Shown here: piece after piece, positions 48,021 to 57,442 of the stretch
Layout: every line of letters starts with the position of its first letter
Numbering within the stretch: position 1 is the first letter of the stretch
DNA from: a phage
Direction: 5' to 3' (one strand)
DNA: 64,000 nt
Assembly: GCA_025823825.1 (NCBI GenBank)
Contig: GCA_025823825.1_4720.1
The notes under the pieces: model-generated
Told to the model about the DNA's origin: nothing
Database searches by the model: none
Seen by the model: only the letters and a program-made list of their open reading frames with translations
Translations under genes and position numbers: made by a program

Positions 48021-48107
48021 AAACGTAAACAGTCTTAACGACCGCATAAAATTCCGCGCATATTACCCCCCCCCCTCGACGAAGCGAGGTAGAGGAGGAT
48101 AACACGA

Positions 48108-49862
48108 TTATGCTGCTACATACCCAGGCCAACGTTCTCTTGGCCAGTTTGTTGCGCCCTGTCCAACGTTGTCCTTACCAGAAGTTACATTACTTACATC
48201 CCAACCACTAAGATCCTGGTTAAATGCGGTGTTGTTACGCATCATGAGGTCGATATTACGTAATGATTGGGTATTCCAGCCGGAAATGTCTTGGTTGAAT
48301 GCCGTGTTGTAAGCAAACATGTTAACAACGTTTTGTAATTTTGAAGTGTTCCAGCCGCTAATATCGCCATTGAACTGCATGTTCGAGAACATACTGCTAG
48401 CATCGATAAGACTATCTGTTTTCCAGTTAACCAGCTTGTTCTCATCAAGTGCGTTGCAACTACTGAACATGTAACTCATGTTGTTAACTTTGGATACATC
48501 CCATTTATCTAACCCGTTACCAACGAACTCGTAACAAGCTTGGAACATCCAGCTCATGTCGGTAACCTGGCACACATTCCATTTGCTAAAGTCGAGGTTG
48601 AGTTTTGCGCATCCGGAGAAAGTTTTATACATACTGGTGATACGACTAACATCCCATTCTTGAATGTTAGGATCATTAAGTATAGATAAGAATTGGAACA
48701 ATCCGTCTAACGACGTCCATTTCTCTGGAATACGGTTTGGTACTGTACGGAGCGATGAAAGGTTATTGGTTGACGGAGAGCGGAACATACCGTTATCCCA
48801 ATTTACGATTTCCGTAATGTTGTACCCACGGATCGTTTGGCGTCCATTACCATTATACACAGACCCTGTTGCAGTTATTGTATATTCGTTTGTATCAGCA
48901 TACGTATATTCAGCCTGTGTAGGCCACTCACCTATTACATCCCTATTCCCATCACCCCAGTCAATGGAAATATCTATCCAACCATCAAGATCTAGGGTAA
49001 CGGTCCCGCCATTGGTCTTCAGGATGTATTTACCTGCATTGTCGGTATAATAACAAACAATCATCGCACCGTACAGGTTACCAATTTGCCAATCATCCTT
49101 TTGAGTTACCGCGATTTGTGCTGTACCACGCTGTAAGAAAAGTACCGTACGGTTCTCGTCAGTCTGTAGTGCGGTTAGTGCTTGAGTCTTATCATCGTCG
49201 GTAATTTCACCGGCTTCCATTAAAGCACTTAACATTCTTTCGAAGTACTCGATAGGCAACTGAGGTCCTACCGACATATCAACTGATGGAACAGTGAGAT
49301 CATCCAATGCTGCTGCCGTTGCGAGGACTAATGATCCCTTGGCGGTGTCTGTTTCTTGGAGGTAACGCAGTCCCGTAATCTGGTACGCTTGAATGATTGT
49401 AATCAGATCCAGTGTATCGTTAATGACCTGTACTTGTAAATGTCCAGACCAAACATAGCTGCTTTCAGCAATCGGTAATTCGACCGACTGAATACCCGAC
49501 GTTTCAAAACTGATCTTCTTATTAAGATCGGCTTCCAGGAAATCAACAGCTAGGTCGAAATTTATACCGTACTTCTCAGCGATGGAATCTACAATGTTCC
49601 TGAAAGCAACATCGGTACTTACGATGAAACGTAACGGGATCCCGGTGAACGCGTTGGCAATATCTCGACGAACATACGTGAGCGACTGCTCGAAGAAATA
49701 AGGACTGTTATCTCCAGGTTTGATGGTTACCTGGCATACTTCAGGATGTTCAGCTGGAATGAAAGATTCGAATTTAACGTCGGTTTCCTTCAACGATAGC
49801 ATGTTCTTCCGGTTTACCAACGCCAGAAGATCAGCTTTCCACCCAGGATAAACTGTAGACAT
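48108..49862 (-). CDS. putative receptor-binding protein (585 aa): shared N-terminal anchor domain plus C-terminal DUF285/BspA-type repeats
   Basis: Internal ATG (MSTVYPGWKADLLALVNRKN) with GGAG RBS; C-terminal repeats ...MFxxxxxFNQDISGWNTxxxxNxxxMF... typical of the Mycoplasma DUF285 / BspA-like family. Confidence 0.7.
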   Translation of the reverse strand: MSTVYPGWKADLLALVNRKNMLSLKETDVKFESFIPAEHPEVCQVTIKPGDNSPYFFEQSLTYVRRDIANAFTGIPLRFIVSTDVAFRNIVDSIAEKYGINFDLAVDFLEADLNKKISFETSGIQSVELPIAESSYVWSGHLQVQVINDTLDLITIIQAYQITGLRYLQETDTAKGSLVLATAAALDDLTVPSVDMSVGPQLPIEYFERMLSALMEAGEITDDDKTQALTALQTDENRTVLFLQRGTAQIAVTQKDDWQIGNLYGAMIVCYYTDNAGKYILKTNGGTVTLDLDGWIDISIDWGDGNRDVIGEWPTQAEYTYADTNEYTITATGSVYNGNGRQTIRGYNITEIVNWDNGMFRSPSTNNLSSLRTVPNRIPEKWTSLDGLFQFLSILNDPNIQEWDVSRITSMYKTFSGCAKLNLDFSKWNVCQVTDMSWMFQACYEFVGNGLDKWDVSKVNNMSYMFSSCNALDENKLVNWKTDSLIDASSMFSNMQFNGDISGWNTSKLQNVVNMFAYNTAFNQDISGWNTQSLRNIDLMMRNNTAFNQDLSGWDVSNVTSGKDNVGQGATNWPRERWPGYVAA

Positions 49863-50063
49863 AAGCACTCCAATCATGGGGGCGAACGCCCCCCATCAGT
49901 TAAATGATCGTTTACGTCGCGTAAGGGTAATATAATTGCTGTGAGCCATATCAGAAGTTCACAACATTCTGAATCATAAGGTTACGTCGTTGGAAACAAA
50001 CCGATACAGATTCTTCATAGAACATTGAGATGATGGAAACCTAATTCGTACCATGAAAGCCGC

Positions 50064-50118
50064 AATAAAAAAAAGAAAAATAGGAAAACGGTGTTCATCC
50101 TTTTAGGGATGAACACCG
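50064..50118 (-). terminator. rho-independent terminator downstream of 50139-50717
   Basis: Perfect 12-bp stem CGGTGTTCATCC/GGATGAACACCG with 6-nt loop, followed on the minus strand by a long U-rich tract. Confidence 0.75.
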
Positions 50119-50138
50119 CGTACCGTTATGTTGAATGC

Positions 50139-50717
50139 TTAGTAAGGAATCAGATCGTTAAGCTTCTCTTCTTCGATAACAAAGAAGTTGTTCTGGTCGT
50201 CTAAATCTGTTAACAAGACTTGCCCGACAGTAAAGCATGTACCACCTTTCTTAGGTGTCCATACCGGCTCGTTCGTTACCTTATCAGGATACCATTTGAA
50301 ACGATTGGTATCCAAGAAGAACGCCGCTTTGTTCTCTTTATCGGTTGAACGATAACTAACCAATGCGGGCCACTCAATCCAGGTATTCGTACACGGTACA
50401 TGTAAAGGGTACCACGCACGCCAACATTTACCTGGTCTGTTAGGATCTATCCAATATTTAGCAAACAATACAGCATCTTTATACTGTTTCTGCATCAGCA
50501 TTTCGAGGACAAGTTCGTTAATTGGTAAACCCGCCTTTTCTTTCGTCACACTAGGAAAACCGACGTACACGTTATTCTTCGACACGGATGATGTAACAAC
50601 ACCGGTAACTAACGGTCTGCTCGGTTTACGTTTCTGTTCTTTCCGACGTGTGTAAAAGAATAGTCCGACAGATACAGCAACAAGTATAATAAACAACACT
50701 ACCTTAATCCAGCTCAT
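50139..50717 (-). CDS. hypothetical membrane-anchored protein (192 aa)
   Basis: ATG in ATGA overlap with upstream gene; N-terminal signal-anchor WIKVVLFIILVAVSVGLFFY followed by basic stretch. Confidence 0.7.
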   Translation of the reverse strand: MSWIKVVLFIILVAVSVGLFFYTRRKEQKRKPSRPLVTGVVTSSVSKNNVYVGFPSVTKEKAGLPINELVLEMLMQKQYKDAVLFAKYWIDPNRPGKCWRAWYPLHVPCTNTWIEWPALVSYRSTDKENKAAFFLDTNRFKWYPDKVTNEPVWTPKKGGTCFTVGQVLLTDLDDQNNFFVIEEEKLNDLIPY

Positions 50718-51463
50718 TCGTCAATTTCTCCTTCTACAAACAGAGTCAATTTGATTTCAGGGTCATAGAACATGGTAATCACACCATCTTGCTCTACTGA
50801 ACGCTGCGCTGTCCATATTAACTGTTCATCCCGAATATCAAATTTATGCCGCTCATCACTCACCACAGCTTCTGCGTCGACGTAATGGTAAACATCGCCG
50901 AGAGGATTCTCAATCCAGCCGCGTACCATCAAACGTTCTTTTTGTTTACGTGTAAAGAAGCGATAAGGATCTTCGCACGTGCGCCACACATCCCCGTTCT
51001 CGTTAACCAGTTCATCATAAACTTTAGAGAGTTCGTCAGGTACCGGAATCAAAATGTTATCCTGATAGTTCGACCAGAAACGACGTACATCTTGGATCAA
51101 CTCATCGTCCTGCAGTTTAATTACCGCGTCACTATAATCGATTTCAACAGTATCGATATCAAGACGGGTAAACGGAAGAGCGTCTAGGTTTATCACAGCG
51201 ACATCGATCCGATCATGATGAATATAAACCCACCCATCAAACCACCTGTAACCATCAGCTTGATATAGCGTTGTGTGGTATCTGACGACGTTGATGTCTT
51301 CGAACGATTCTAATAAGGCTTTAGCTGCTAAAAGCGGCGAAAAGTTCTTTGATTGTCCTGGTTTACGTATTTCTTCTTTGATGAACAATTTACCAAGAGC
51401 TGGATGTTCGATAACAAAACCGCAGGAGAGCATGATGCTTCCTTGATAACGTGCTTCTTGCAT
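50714..51463 (-). CDS. hypothetical protein (249 aa from internal ATG)
   Basis: Internal ATG (MQEARYQ) with GAGGAA 7 nt upstream. Confidence 0.65.
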   Translation of the reverse strand: MQEARYQGSIMLSCGFVIEHPALGKLFIKEEIRKPGQSKNFSPLLAAKALLESFEDINVVRYHTTLYQADGYRWFDGWVYIHHDRIDVAVINLDALPFTRLDIDTVEIDYSDAVIKLQDDELIQDVRRFWSNYQDNILIPVPDELSKVYDELVNENGDVWRTCEDPYRFFTRKQKERLMVRGWIENPLGDVYHYVDAEAVVSDERHKFDIRDEQLIWTAQRSVEQDGVITMFYDPEIKLTLFVEGEIDE

Positions 51464-51638
51464 TTTCCATTCCTCAAACAAATGTGTGTCTTTTACGCGA
51501 CATGATTACTAGTACACAGGTTACTGGATTTCTGTAAAAGTTAATTTTCGTAAACTAAAAGAAAATGTATCCGTGTTTCCTGGTTCTTCCCCTCCACAGC
51601 CTCAGGAAGAGAAGAACCGTTTACTAAGTTGTTATGTA

Positions 51639-51896
51639 TTAAAATGCATTGATTGGATTGTTCAGCGCTTTATCGCGAATTTGAATCGCTGCCAGCATTG
51701 CTTTCTGATACGAATCGTAAGCATCAACAGAAACCGTCATATCAACCAATTTCTCTAATACGGATTCAGCCGCTTTTACGCGGATGCGGAACTTGGTGAT
51801 GACGTTATCTTTGTTACGGTAAACCGTGATGTGGTGCAGCGGCTGGACATTGGTTTTATTCGTTTTAACGGATTTAGTTGCTTTGATCGTTTTCAT
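51639..51896 (-). CDS. small basic hypothetical protein (85 aa)
   Basis: ATG with AAGGAAA RBS. Confidence 0.6.
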   Translation of the reverse strand: MKTIKATKSVKTNKTNVQPLHHITVYRNKDNVITKFRIRVKAAESVLEKLVDMTVSVDAYDSYQKAMLAAIQIRDKALNNPINAF

Positions 51897-51950
51897 GATG
51901 ATTTCCTTCTTTATTAGGATGATTACGTTTAGTCAGTTTAACGGCATAAA

Positions 51951-51975
51951 CCCTTCCTGCCTTACGCAGGAAGGG
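51951..51975. repeat. GC-rich intergenic hairpin (CCCTTCCTGC-CTTAC-GCAGGAAGGG)
   Basis: 10-bp stem, flanked by CGGCATAAA, between 51639-51896 and 51990-52487. Confidence 0.5.
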
Positions 51976-51989
51976 CATACGGATTTGTT

Positions 51990-52487
51990 TTACGTGTGTC
52001 GTCGTTTACCAAAGAAAATGTGGCTGTCTACCACGGTGATATTGGTAGCATGTTTTCTGAAATGCTTAGGGCGAAGATGTTTCGCGTTAAAGAATACGGC
52101 TCCTCGTGTTGGGTCGGCTTTATGGTAAGCCGCAATGTCAGTATAACGTAATGTTGCGACCTCTCGTGCTATTGCTCTTGCTCGCTCAAAAGCAGCATGA
52201 TCGCGTATGACAATACGCCTTTGTTTTGTCCAGGGGAATTGACCTCTCTGCAGTACGACGTCTTTGACGTTCGTAGGGAATCGGTAGTCCATAGATCGAT
52301 TATGTATTAAAAACGCAACGGAGTATTGCCCTTTTACAGATTCGCCTCTGGCTTCCATATACACAGCGCATGCGACGATCTCTTTCCGGCAATCGATTCT
52401 AGGTCCTGCGTTCACCGATGCTTGACTGAACGGTGTGATAAGCAACATAACAAGCCCTAAAATCAACGTGTGTAAAATACCTTGCAT
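51990..52487 (-). CDS. SleB-type cell wall hydrolase (Hydrolase_2 family) with N-terminal signal peptide; endolysin candidate (165 aa)
   Basis: CAVYMEARGESVKGQYSVAFLIHNRS...VLQRGQFPW matches the SleB signature; N-terminal hydrophobic signal LILGLVMLLITPFSQASVNA; ATG with GAGGT RBS. Confidence 0.75.
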   Translation of the reverse strand: MQGILHTLILGLVMLLITPFSQASVNAGPRIDCRKEIVACAVYMEARGESVKGQYSVAFLIHNRSMDYRFPTNVKDVVLQRGQFPWTKQRRIVIRDHAAFERARAIAREVATLRYTDIAAYHKADPTRGAVFFNAKHLRPKHFRKHATNITVVDSHIFFGKRRHT

Positions 52488-52740
52488 CTTAATAACCTCA
52501 CGATAAGGTGCTGTCCACTGGCGTCTTGATAACGCATCCCGTCTATCGGGTTGTTCTATTCAGCGGGCAGCAGGTTAGCGTCAGATGTTTGCCCGACATC
52601 CACGACAGAAATAAACGGTACTGAAAATACGGTCTCCTCTGGTTTGGCAATAAACATAACGTTGGATAACAGAACCCATTTCCCGCATCCAACGCGGTAA
52701 AGGTGTACATCGTTTGAATTCATATAGTTTCTCAAAGATG

Positions 52741-53052
52741 TTAACCTCTACCGTCAAGCCATAGGTTGTATTTATCCCGAAGGTATGGATCACGATAAAT
52801 ACGTCGATAGACTTGATACGGTATAAACTTGCAATGTACGAGTTCGTCGCTTAATTTATGACGTCGCTCCATACCGTTGTGAATACGACGTATCTCCCGG
52901 ATATTAAAGGTTGTTTTATTCAAGAGAATAGACATAATGACGGATCGATGATCCAGATTAAAGATCGCCATTACGCCTCGTATCTCGCGTAAAACAACTT
53001 CTCTATCGACAAGGATGCGATTATTTAACTTAAGATTCTCCGTGATACCCAT
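52741..53052 (-). CDS. hypothetical protein (start uncertain)
   Basis: Track start is GTG and overlaps upstream gene; internal ATGs at 53061/53052; competes with overlapping ORF 52581-52793. Confidence 0.35.
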   Translation of the reverse strand: MGITENLKLNNRILVDREVVLREIRGVMAIFNLDHRSVIMSILLNKTTFNIREIRRIHNGMERRHKLSDELVHCKFIPYQVYRRIYRDPYLRDKYNLWLDGRG

Positions 53053-53401
53053 AACCTTCATCCTCGACACGTCGACACATCGGTAAAAATAAACACCAGC
53101 TTGTTGCACTGAGGATCGCCGTTACGATGATATTTGCGATATCACTCAATCGAGCATCGGCTTGCCACATAACAAGCATAAAAAGAACGTACGCGAACCC
53201 ATACACGACAAACCGTCTGATGTTACGCGTCGACCACGTACAAATATACAAAAGGGGAAGTTGTCCTATAACACAAACGATGGTTCGGATAACGTAATAA
53301 ACGCGTTCCGTCGTTGTTTCAAAATCGATATTCGCTGCAGAAATCCCGATCATTATAAAAGTGAAAATGAAATAGATTTTTGCGTATGTCTTTAAACTCA
53401 T
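53030..53401 (-). CDS. hypothetical integral membrane protein (123 aa), about 4 predicted TM helices
   Basis: Hydrophobic segments IYFIFTFIMIGISAA, VIRTIVCVIGQLPLLYI, FVVYGFAYVLFMLVMW, IIVTAILSATSWCLFL. Confidence 0.6.
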   Translation of the reverse strand: MSLKTYAKIYFIFTFIMIGISAANIDFETTTERVYYVIRTIVCVIGQLPLLYICTWSTRNIRRFVVYGFAYVLFMLVMWQADARLSDIANIIVTAILSATSWCLFLPMCRRVEDEGYGYHGES

Positions 53402-53417
53402 GGCTTTTCTCGTTCGT

Positions 53418-53612
53418 TTATTTGCGTTTTCCTACATTCCTCAACAAGGTAACGATAACGAATACCGCTATCATCAAGAAGACGAACCATAACCCTACGT
53501 TAATTCGGGCGGCTGGTACATCCACCATAAGGAACATCGTCCCACAAAAACCAATTACCATCCATGCTAAGACCATCCCTGTTAATCCCCGTAGTAGCAT
53601 ATGTCCCATCAT
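53418..53612 (-). CDS. holin-like small membrane protein (about 64 aa) with tandem start codons
   Basis: AAGGAG then ATG ATG (MMGHM); two TM segments and basic C-terminal tail RNVGKRK; track start 53651 is TTG. Confidence 0.5.
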   Translation of the reverse strand: MMGHMLLRGLTGMVLAWMVIGFCGTMFLMVDVPAARINVGLWFVFLMIAVFVIVTLLRNVGKRK

Positions 53613-53785
53613 GAACTCCTTCTTACTTTTTCTGATAGAGCGATGATTCAAATTTTAGAAACACCGCTAACGCGAGTGCGATTAATAACGCACGTACCCA
53701 CATACCTCCTTGACAACTGTTGTACAACATAAAGACCAGAGCGATGCCGCCCATATGCAGGCGGCACTTATCGAACAGTGTTGGT

Positions 53786-53995
53786 TTATACATAAGAGAT
53801 CAATCGTTGAGTGATTTTTACTTTGCCTTTACCTGGGCCTTTCTTACAGCGATTCAACAGACGGATACGAGTTCGGGTTACGACGTCGCCATCATAATCA
53901 GCCTGGAACTGTGATAAGAAAGCAGGTTGTATCGGATCGACACCAGGATTGCTATAGAAAGGATTGAGACTTAAAAGAGGGTTAGCTGGAATCAT
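53786..53995 (-). CDS. small hypothetical protein (69 aa)
   Basis: ATG with AAGGA 7 nt upstream. Confidence 0.45.
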   Translation of the reverse strand: MIPANPLLSLNPFYSNPGVDPIQPAFLSQFQADYDGDVVTRTRIRLLNRCKKGPGKGKVKITQRLISYV

Positions 53996-54013
53996 CGTAT
54001 TGTCCTTACTCAG

Positions 54014-54364
54014 TTATTTACCCAGATAGAGGTATTCACCACCCTGAACAACACCGGTTGCTGGATCAACAAGTATACGAACCCGCGCGTAGGTCTTGAA
54101 AGAGGGGTTGAAAACTTCGAAGTCCGCCACTTTCAATTTCACGCTGGGGTTGATTGGGTTCTTAACACCAGGAAGTTCTTTCGGGGTACCGAAGTCAACA
54201 CCGCATTCTTCAAGGTCTGCTGGCGTCATGCTCTCCATGGCCATGTAGATTGTTTTTGCTTTATCGTAAACTTCCGGGCTATCCAGCAATCCCGCCTGCG
54301 CCGAACCGATAACACTACCGAACAGAATAGCAACAGCAACAAACAATTTAGTTAACGTTTTCAT
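54014..54364 (-). CDS. secreted hypothetical protein (116 aa)
   Basis: Signal peptide MKTLTKLFVAVAILFGSVIGSAQA; ATG with AAGGAAA RBS. Confidence 0.65.
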   Translation of the reverse strand: MKTLTKLFVAVAILFGSVIGSAQAGLLDSPEVYDKAKTIYMAMESMTPADLEECGVDFGTPKELPGVKNPINPSVKLKVADFEVFNPSFKTYARVRILVDPATGVVQGGEYLYLGK

Positions 54365-54402
54365 GATCGTTTCCTTAATAACTTAAATAAACCAATTTAG
54401 TA

Positions 54403-54825
54403 TTAACGTACAGCCGCTACGCTGCGAGCGCATGCCTGAATATCATCGGTGTTTACGATGATGGTTTCGTTAAACGCACGAATACGTGCGCGACGTGCTT
54501 CTTTAAGGCTGGCGATTGCGCTAGCAGCTTGATCTGTATTCGCAAGGCTAATAACCGGGATCAAACGCATGTCAGGACTGCAGATATTCAATGCTTGGTA
54601 CACACGTCCATTGATTCCCACGGTATCAGACATCGGATAGTGCGCACGGCATTGAAATTGACCCATGACAACAAGCGAACGATCGGAGATACCAATCTGA
54701 TAACGGCCGTCTTCGCTGTAGGCGTAGCAGTTATTCCCACGAGCCATCCAGTTAGCCTGTGCTTGTGTGCTAACAAAAGCCAGGGTGGTGACGATAGCGA
54801 ATACGATATTTTTGAACAGTTTCAT
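54403..54825 (-). CDS. secreted hypothetical protein (140 aa from internal ATG)
   Basis: Internal ATG gives signal peptide MKLFKNIVFAIVTTLAFVSTQAQA; AAGGA 8 nt upstream. Confidence 0.6.
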   Translation of the reverse strand: MKLFKNIVFAIVTTLAFVSTQAQANWMARGNNCYAYSEDGRYQIGISDRSLVVMGQFQCRAHYPMSDTVGINGRVYQALNICSPDMRLIPVISLANTDQAASAIASLKEARRARIRAFNETIIVNTDDIQACARSVAAVR

Positions 54826-54883
54826 GATAAAGATCCTTATTGAAATAAAATCGGTATAAAGGCCCCCATTTAGGGGGACCTGA

Positions 54884-55201
54884 TTAGTTTGCACGTAAGA
54901 AATGACCCAGAACCGTTACGATTGGAAACAGCCCTGTAACAGTATTATCACCCGAAAACATCATCATTGTTCCGTTAACGGTGATGAAACGGATGTCGGT
55001 TGCGGACCCATCGATAGCGACAAAACGCATCGAGTTCGGTGGAAGGTCCTCAACCACTTCCACGAGGTACTCGCGATTATCAAAGGCTTCTTTAACACGA
55101 CGCATGAAACGAATCAAGGTTCCTTCCGCGTCAGCTTCCAAATGACCTAAGATATCGCGATTATTACGAATAGCAAATACAGCCATTTTAAACATACTCA
55201 T
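54884..55201 (-). CDS. hypothetical protein (105 aa)
   Basis: ATG with AAAGGA RBS. Confidence 0.6.
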   Translation of the reverse strand: MSMFKMAVFAIRNNRDILGHLEADAEGTLIRFMRRVKEAFDNREYLVEVVEDLPPNSMRFVAIDGSATDIRFITVNGTMMMFSGDNTVTGLFPIVTVLGHFLRAN

Positions 55202-55309
55202 CTTGACATCCTTTTATATTGGATTGGTTGCTAATAATTCAAGGTGAAGCTGATTACTGCATTGCTTCACCTAAGTAATATAGCCGTGAAAATTAATGTA
55301 TTAACCCAT

Positions 55310-56263
55310 TCACGCTTTTGCTAAGTAGGGTTGGATCTCATTAATCCGTTTAACCACAACCTCAGGGAAAAGTTTGAGTATTTCATCAGGTGGTATCGTA
55401 CCTTCTGTCCAACGATAGCGTTCGACCATCTCGATGCGTGGACTCCCTCCGACATCAGCGATACGAAAGATACAGGCGATGCCTAAATCGAAGCATACGC
55501 TGTAAATATCTTCCGTACCTCCTTTATCAGCAAGTATTTTCGCAAAATGCTCGTTGTCAGGAAGAATGGCTAAATTACGGATACACCAAACATTACTACC
55601 CATTTCTTCAAGTTTTGGGTAAGTTAAAGTGTGTCCGTATTGTGTTAACCATCGATGACTTTCGAGGTAGAAGTCCTTATCCCCTGGTCGATAACCCAAT
55701 ATCACTCCCGTGTAGAAGAGATTGGGCATATCGAGCAGTTCTCGAATCGTTGGGCCGGTATGCTCCCAGAGACAGATTTGTTTACGGTCTATATCGTAAT
55801 CTGTGACGTTACTCACCTCCCAACTTATCGTAAGTTCATCGGCAACACGCCAACCTAAAGCATGTTCGCCACCAAGCAGATTAACAATGGCCGATATTTC
55901 ATACTTGTCAAATACACCCAAATTACACGGCGGCTGCATCGTACGTAATGGCTCCCACAGCACATTGTAATCATAGAGCAAATGGCGACATAAACTTTTT
56001 GTTAGGGGTGTCTGTTCAGTGAAAAGTGGAAGAATCACCGTATCCAATAACGGGCGTAACGGATGATCGTTCGGTGGTAACGGGGCAGCCAGCCGACCTC
56101 CTTCTTTGGGGTAATCGAGACCAAACCCGTAGCGCTCCGAAATAAGCGCAACCAGCACTTTTGCTACGCGGTTACGTAGCATGCGATGGATATCATCACT
56201 GTAACTGAATTTCGGTTTATTTCCGCAAACGAAGGTGAAGTATCTAGGCGATAGCTTAACCAT
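55310..56263 (-). CDS. hypothetical protein (317 aa from internal ATG; track start is TTG)
   Basis: Internal ATG (MVKLSPRYF) with AAGGAA 6-7 nt upstream, 10 nt after stop of upstream gene. Confidence 0.7.
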   Translation of the reverse strand: MVKLSPRYFTFVCGNKPKFSYSDDIHRMLRNRVAKVLVALISERYGFGLDYPKEGGRLAAPLPPNDHPLRPLLDTVILPLFTEQTPLTKSLCRHLLYDYNVLWEPLRTMQPPCNLGVFDKYEISAIVNLLGGEHALGWRVADELTISWEVSNVTDYDIDRKQICLWEHTGPTIRELLDMPNLFYTGVILGYRPGDKDFYLESHRWLTQYGHTLTYPKLEEMGSNVWCIRNLAILPDNEHFAKILADKGGTEDIYSVCFDLGIACIFRIADVGGSPRIEMVERYRWTEGTIPPDEILKLFPEVVVKRINEIQPYLAKA

Positions 56264-56273
56264 AGTCTTTTCC

Positions 56274-56720
56274 TTAATCCAGATAGTACGTGATGGATAG
56301 GTCTTTTCCATCGAATACAATATCCGTGCAGTCGTGGATGGTCGGTAATACCATTTTTGCTGCTATTGGGACGTATGCTTGCAACTCCATGAAGTTATTC
56401 ATACGGAACGCACGACGTACCATCAGCGGCGTTAGCGTAAACGTTACGCTGACGTTACCGCTTGGGAGCAGGTGCATTATCGCATGTCCATGATCGCACC
56501 AGCAATGGTTTTCGATCCATCCGGTGTAAATCAGAATGTCTTTATCTTCGTCGTAATAAGCAATGCCGGGCTGCTTTAGATGACTAGTGAATCGAGAGGC
56601 TTGCTCGTAGCCTGCACGCAACATTCGAGCAACCAGTCGAGTATTGTTAGCGATTCGATTCTGTTCGTTGGTTTTTGTGGTTTTGAAAATTTCGATACGT
56701 TCTGCTTTTGTAATTTGCAT
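56274..56720 (-). CDS. hypothetical protein (148 aa) with Cys/His cluster (CWCDHGH)
   Basis: Complete ORF; possible metal-binding residues. Confidence 0.65.
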   Translation of the reverse strand: MQITKAERIEIFKTTKTNEQNRIANNTRLVARMLRAGYEQASRFTSHLKQPGIAYYDEDKDILIYTGWIENHCWCDHGHAIMHLLPSGNVSVTFTLTPLMVRRAFRMNNFMELQAYVPIAAKMVLPTIHDCTDIVFDGKDLSITYYLD

Positions 56721-56798
56721 GATTACTGTCCTTTTGAAATATGTTTAGATAAGGAGGATTTACCGGGTATTAAAAAGTTATTTGGTGTGTAATGTTTT

Positions 56799-57398
56799 TT
56801 ACTTAGGTTCCAGTATTGGTCCGAACAACCAGAATGTCAGACGCTGGTAAACCTGTTCGATGACTGCAGCTTCTGTTTGCTCTTCTAGTGCTTTCCCTTT
56901 CTTATGTTGTATTTCTGGCGGGATGTCGCCGTTGTAAACATACTCTGTTGAGAAGTCCCACGCCAGCCGTTTACCGAAAGTGGGTAAGAACACCTCTTCG
57001 AATCGGAACGCTTTCGAATTCCAATGCAACAGCTGATCGGATTCAACACGTAAAGCTTTATTACGTTTGCTTGGCATGTTTCCGAAGTACTGAACGATAG
57101 CTGATTTCATAACCCGATCTGCGAAGTCTTTGGCTTCGGCCTCATCGAGGGGAGGCAGACGATGTGATAGATTCAGCTTGCGTTGTTCAACATCGATCTT
57201 ACGCATCGCTTTAATCAAATCACTAGGAACGATTTTACCCTTATGGCCTTCCTGTCGGTGTATGAAACACCCCTGGAATAACACGCAAAGTTCTTGAGGC
57301 GCGCTACTTTCCATTCGTCCGTAAGCAACGATCACCGAACGACGACGATCAATAACTTCGCGGATAAACCGCGGCTCAGTAATACTCACCACTGTCAT
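56799..57398 (-). CDS. hypothetical protein (199 aa)
   Basis: ATG with AAGAGGG RBS. Confidence 0.7.
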   Translation of the reverse strand: MTVVSITEPRFIREVIDRRRSVIVAYGRMESSAPQELCVLFQGCFIHRQEGHKGKIVPSDLIKAMRKIDVEQRKLNLSHRLPPLDEAEAKDFADRVMKSAIVQYFGNMPSKRNKALRVESDQLLHWNSKAFRFEEVFLPTFGKRLAWDFSTEYVYNGDIPPEIQHKKGKALEEQTEAAVIEQVYQRLTFWLFGPILEPK

Positions 57399-57442
57399 TT
57401 AAAGCCCTCTTTATCTTTTTCCATTTCTCTTTACATAACCAC

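Noticed and set aside
52581-52793. 70-aa minus-strand ORF between the SleB-type hydrolase and the 4-TM protein gene
   Set aside because: Overlaps the alternative ORF 52741-53052 in another frame; neither has a convincing start, so only the one with a possible SD was kept, at low confidence.
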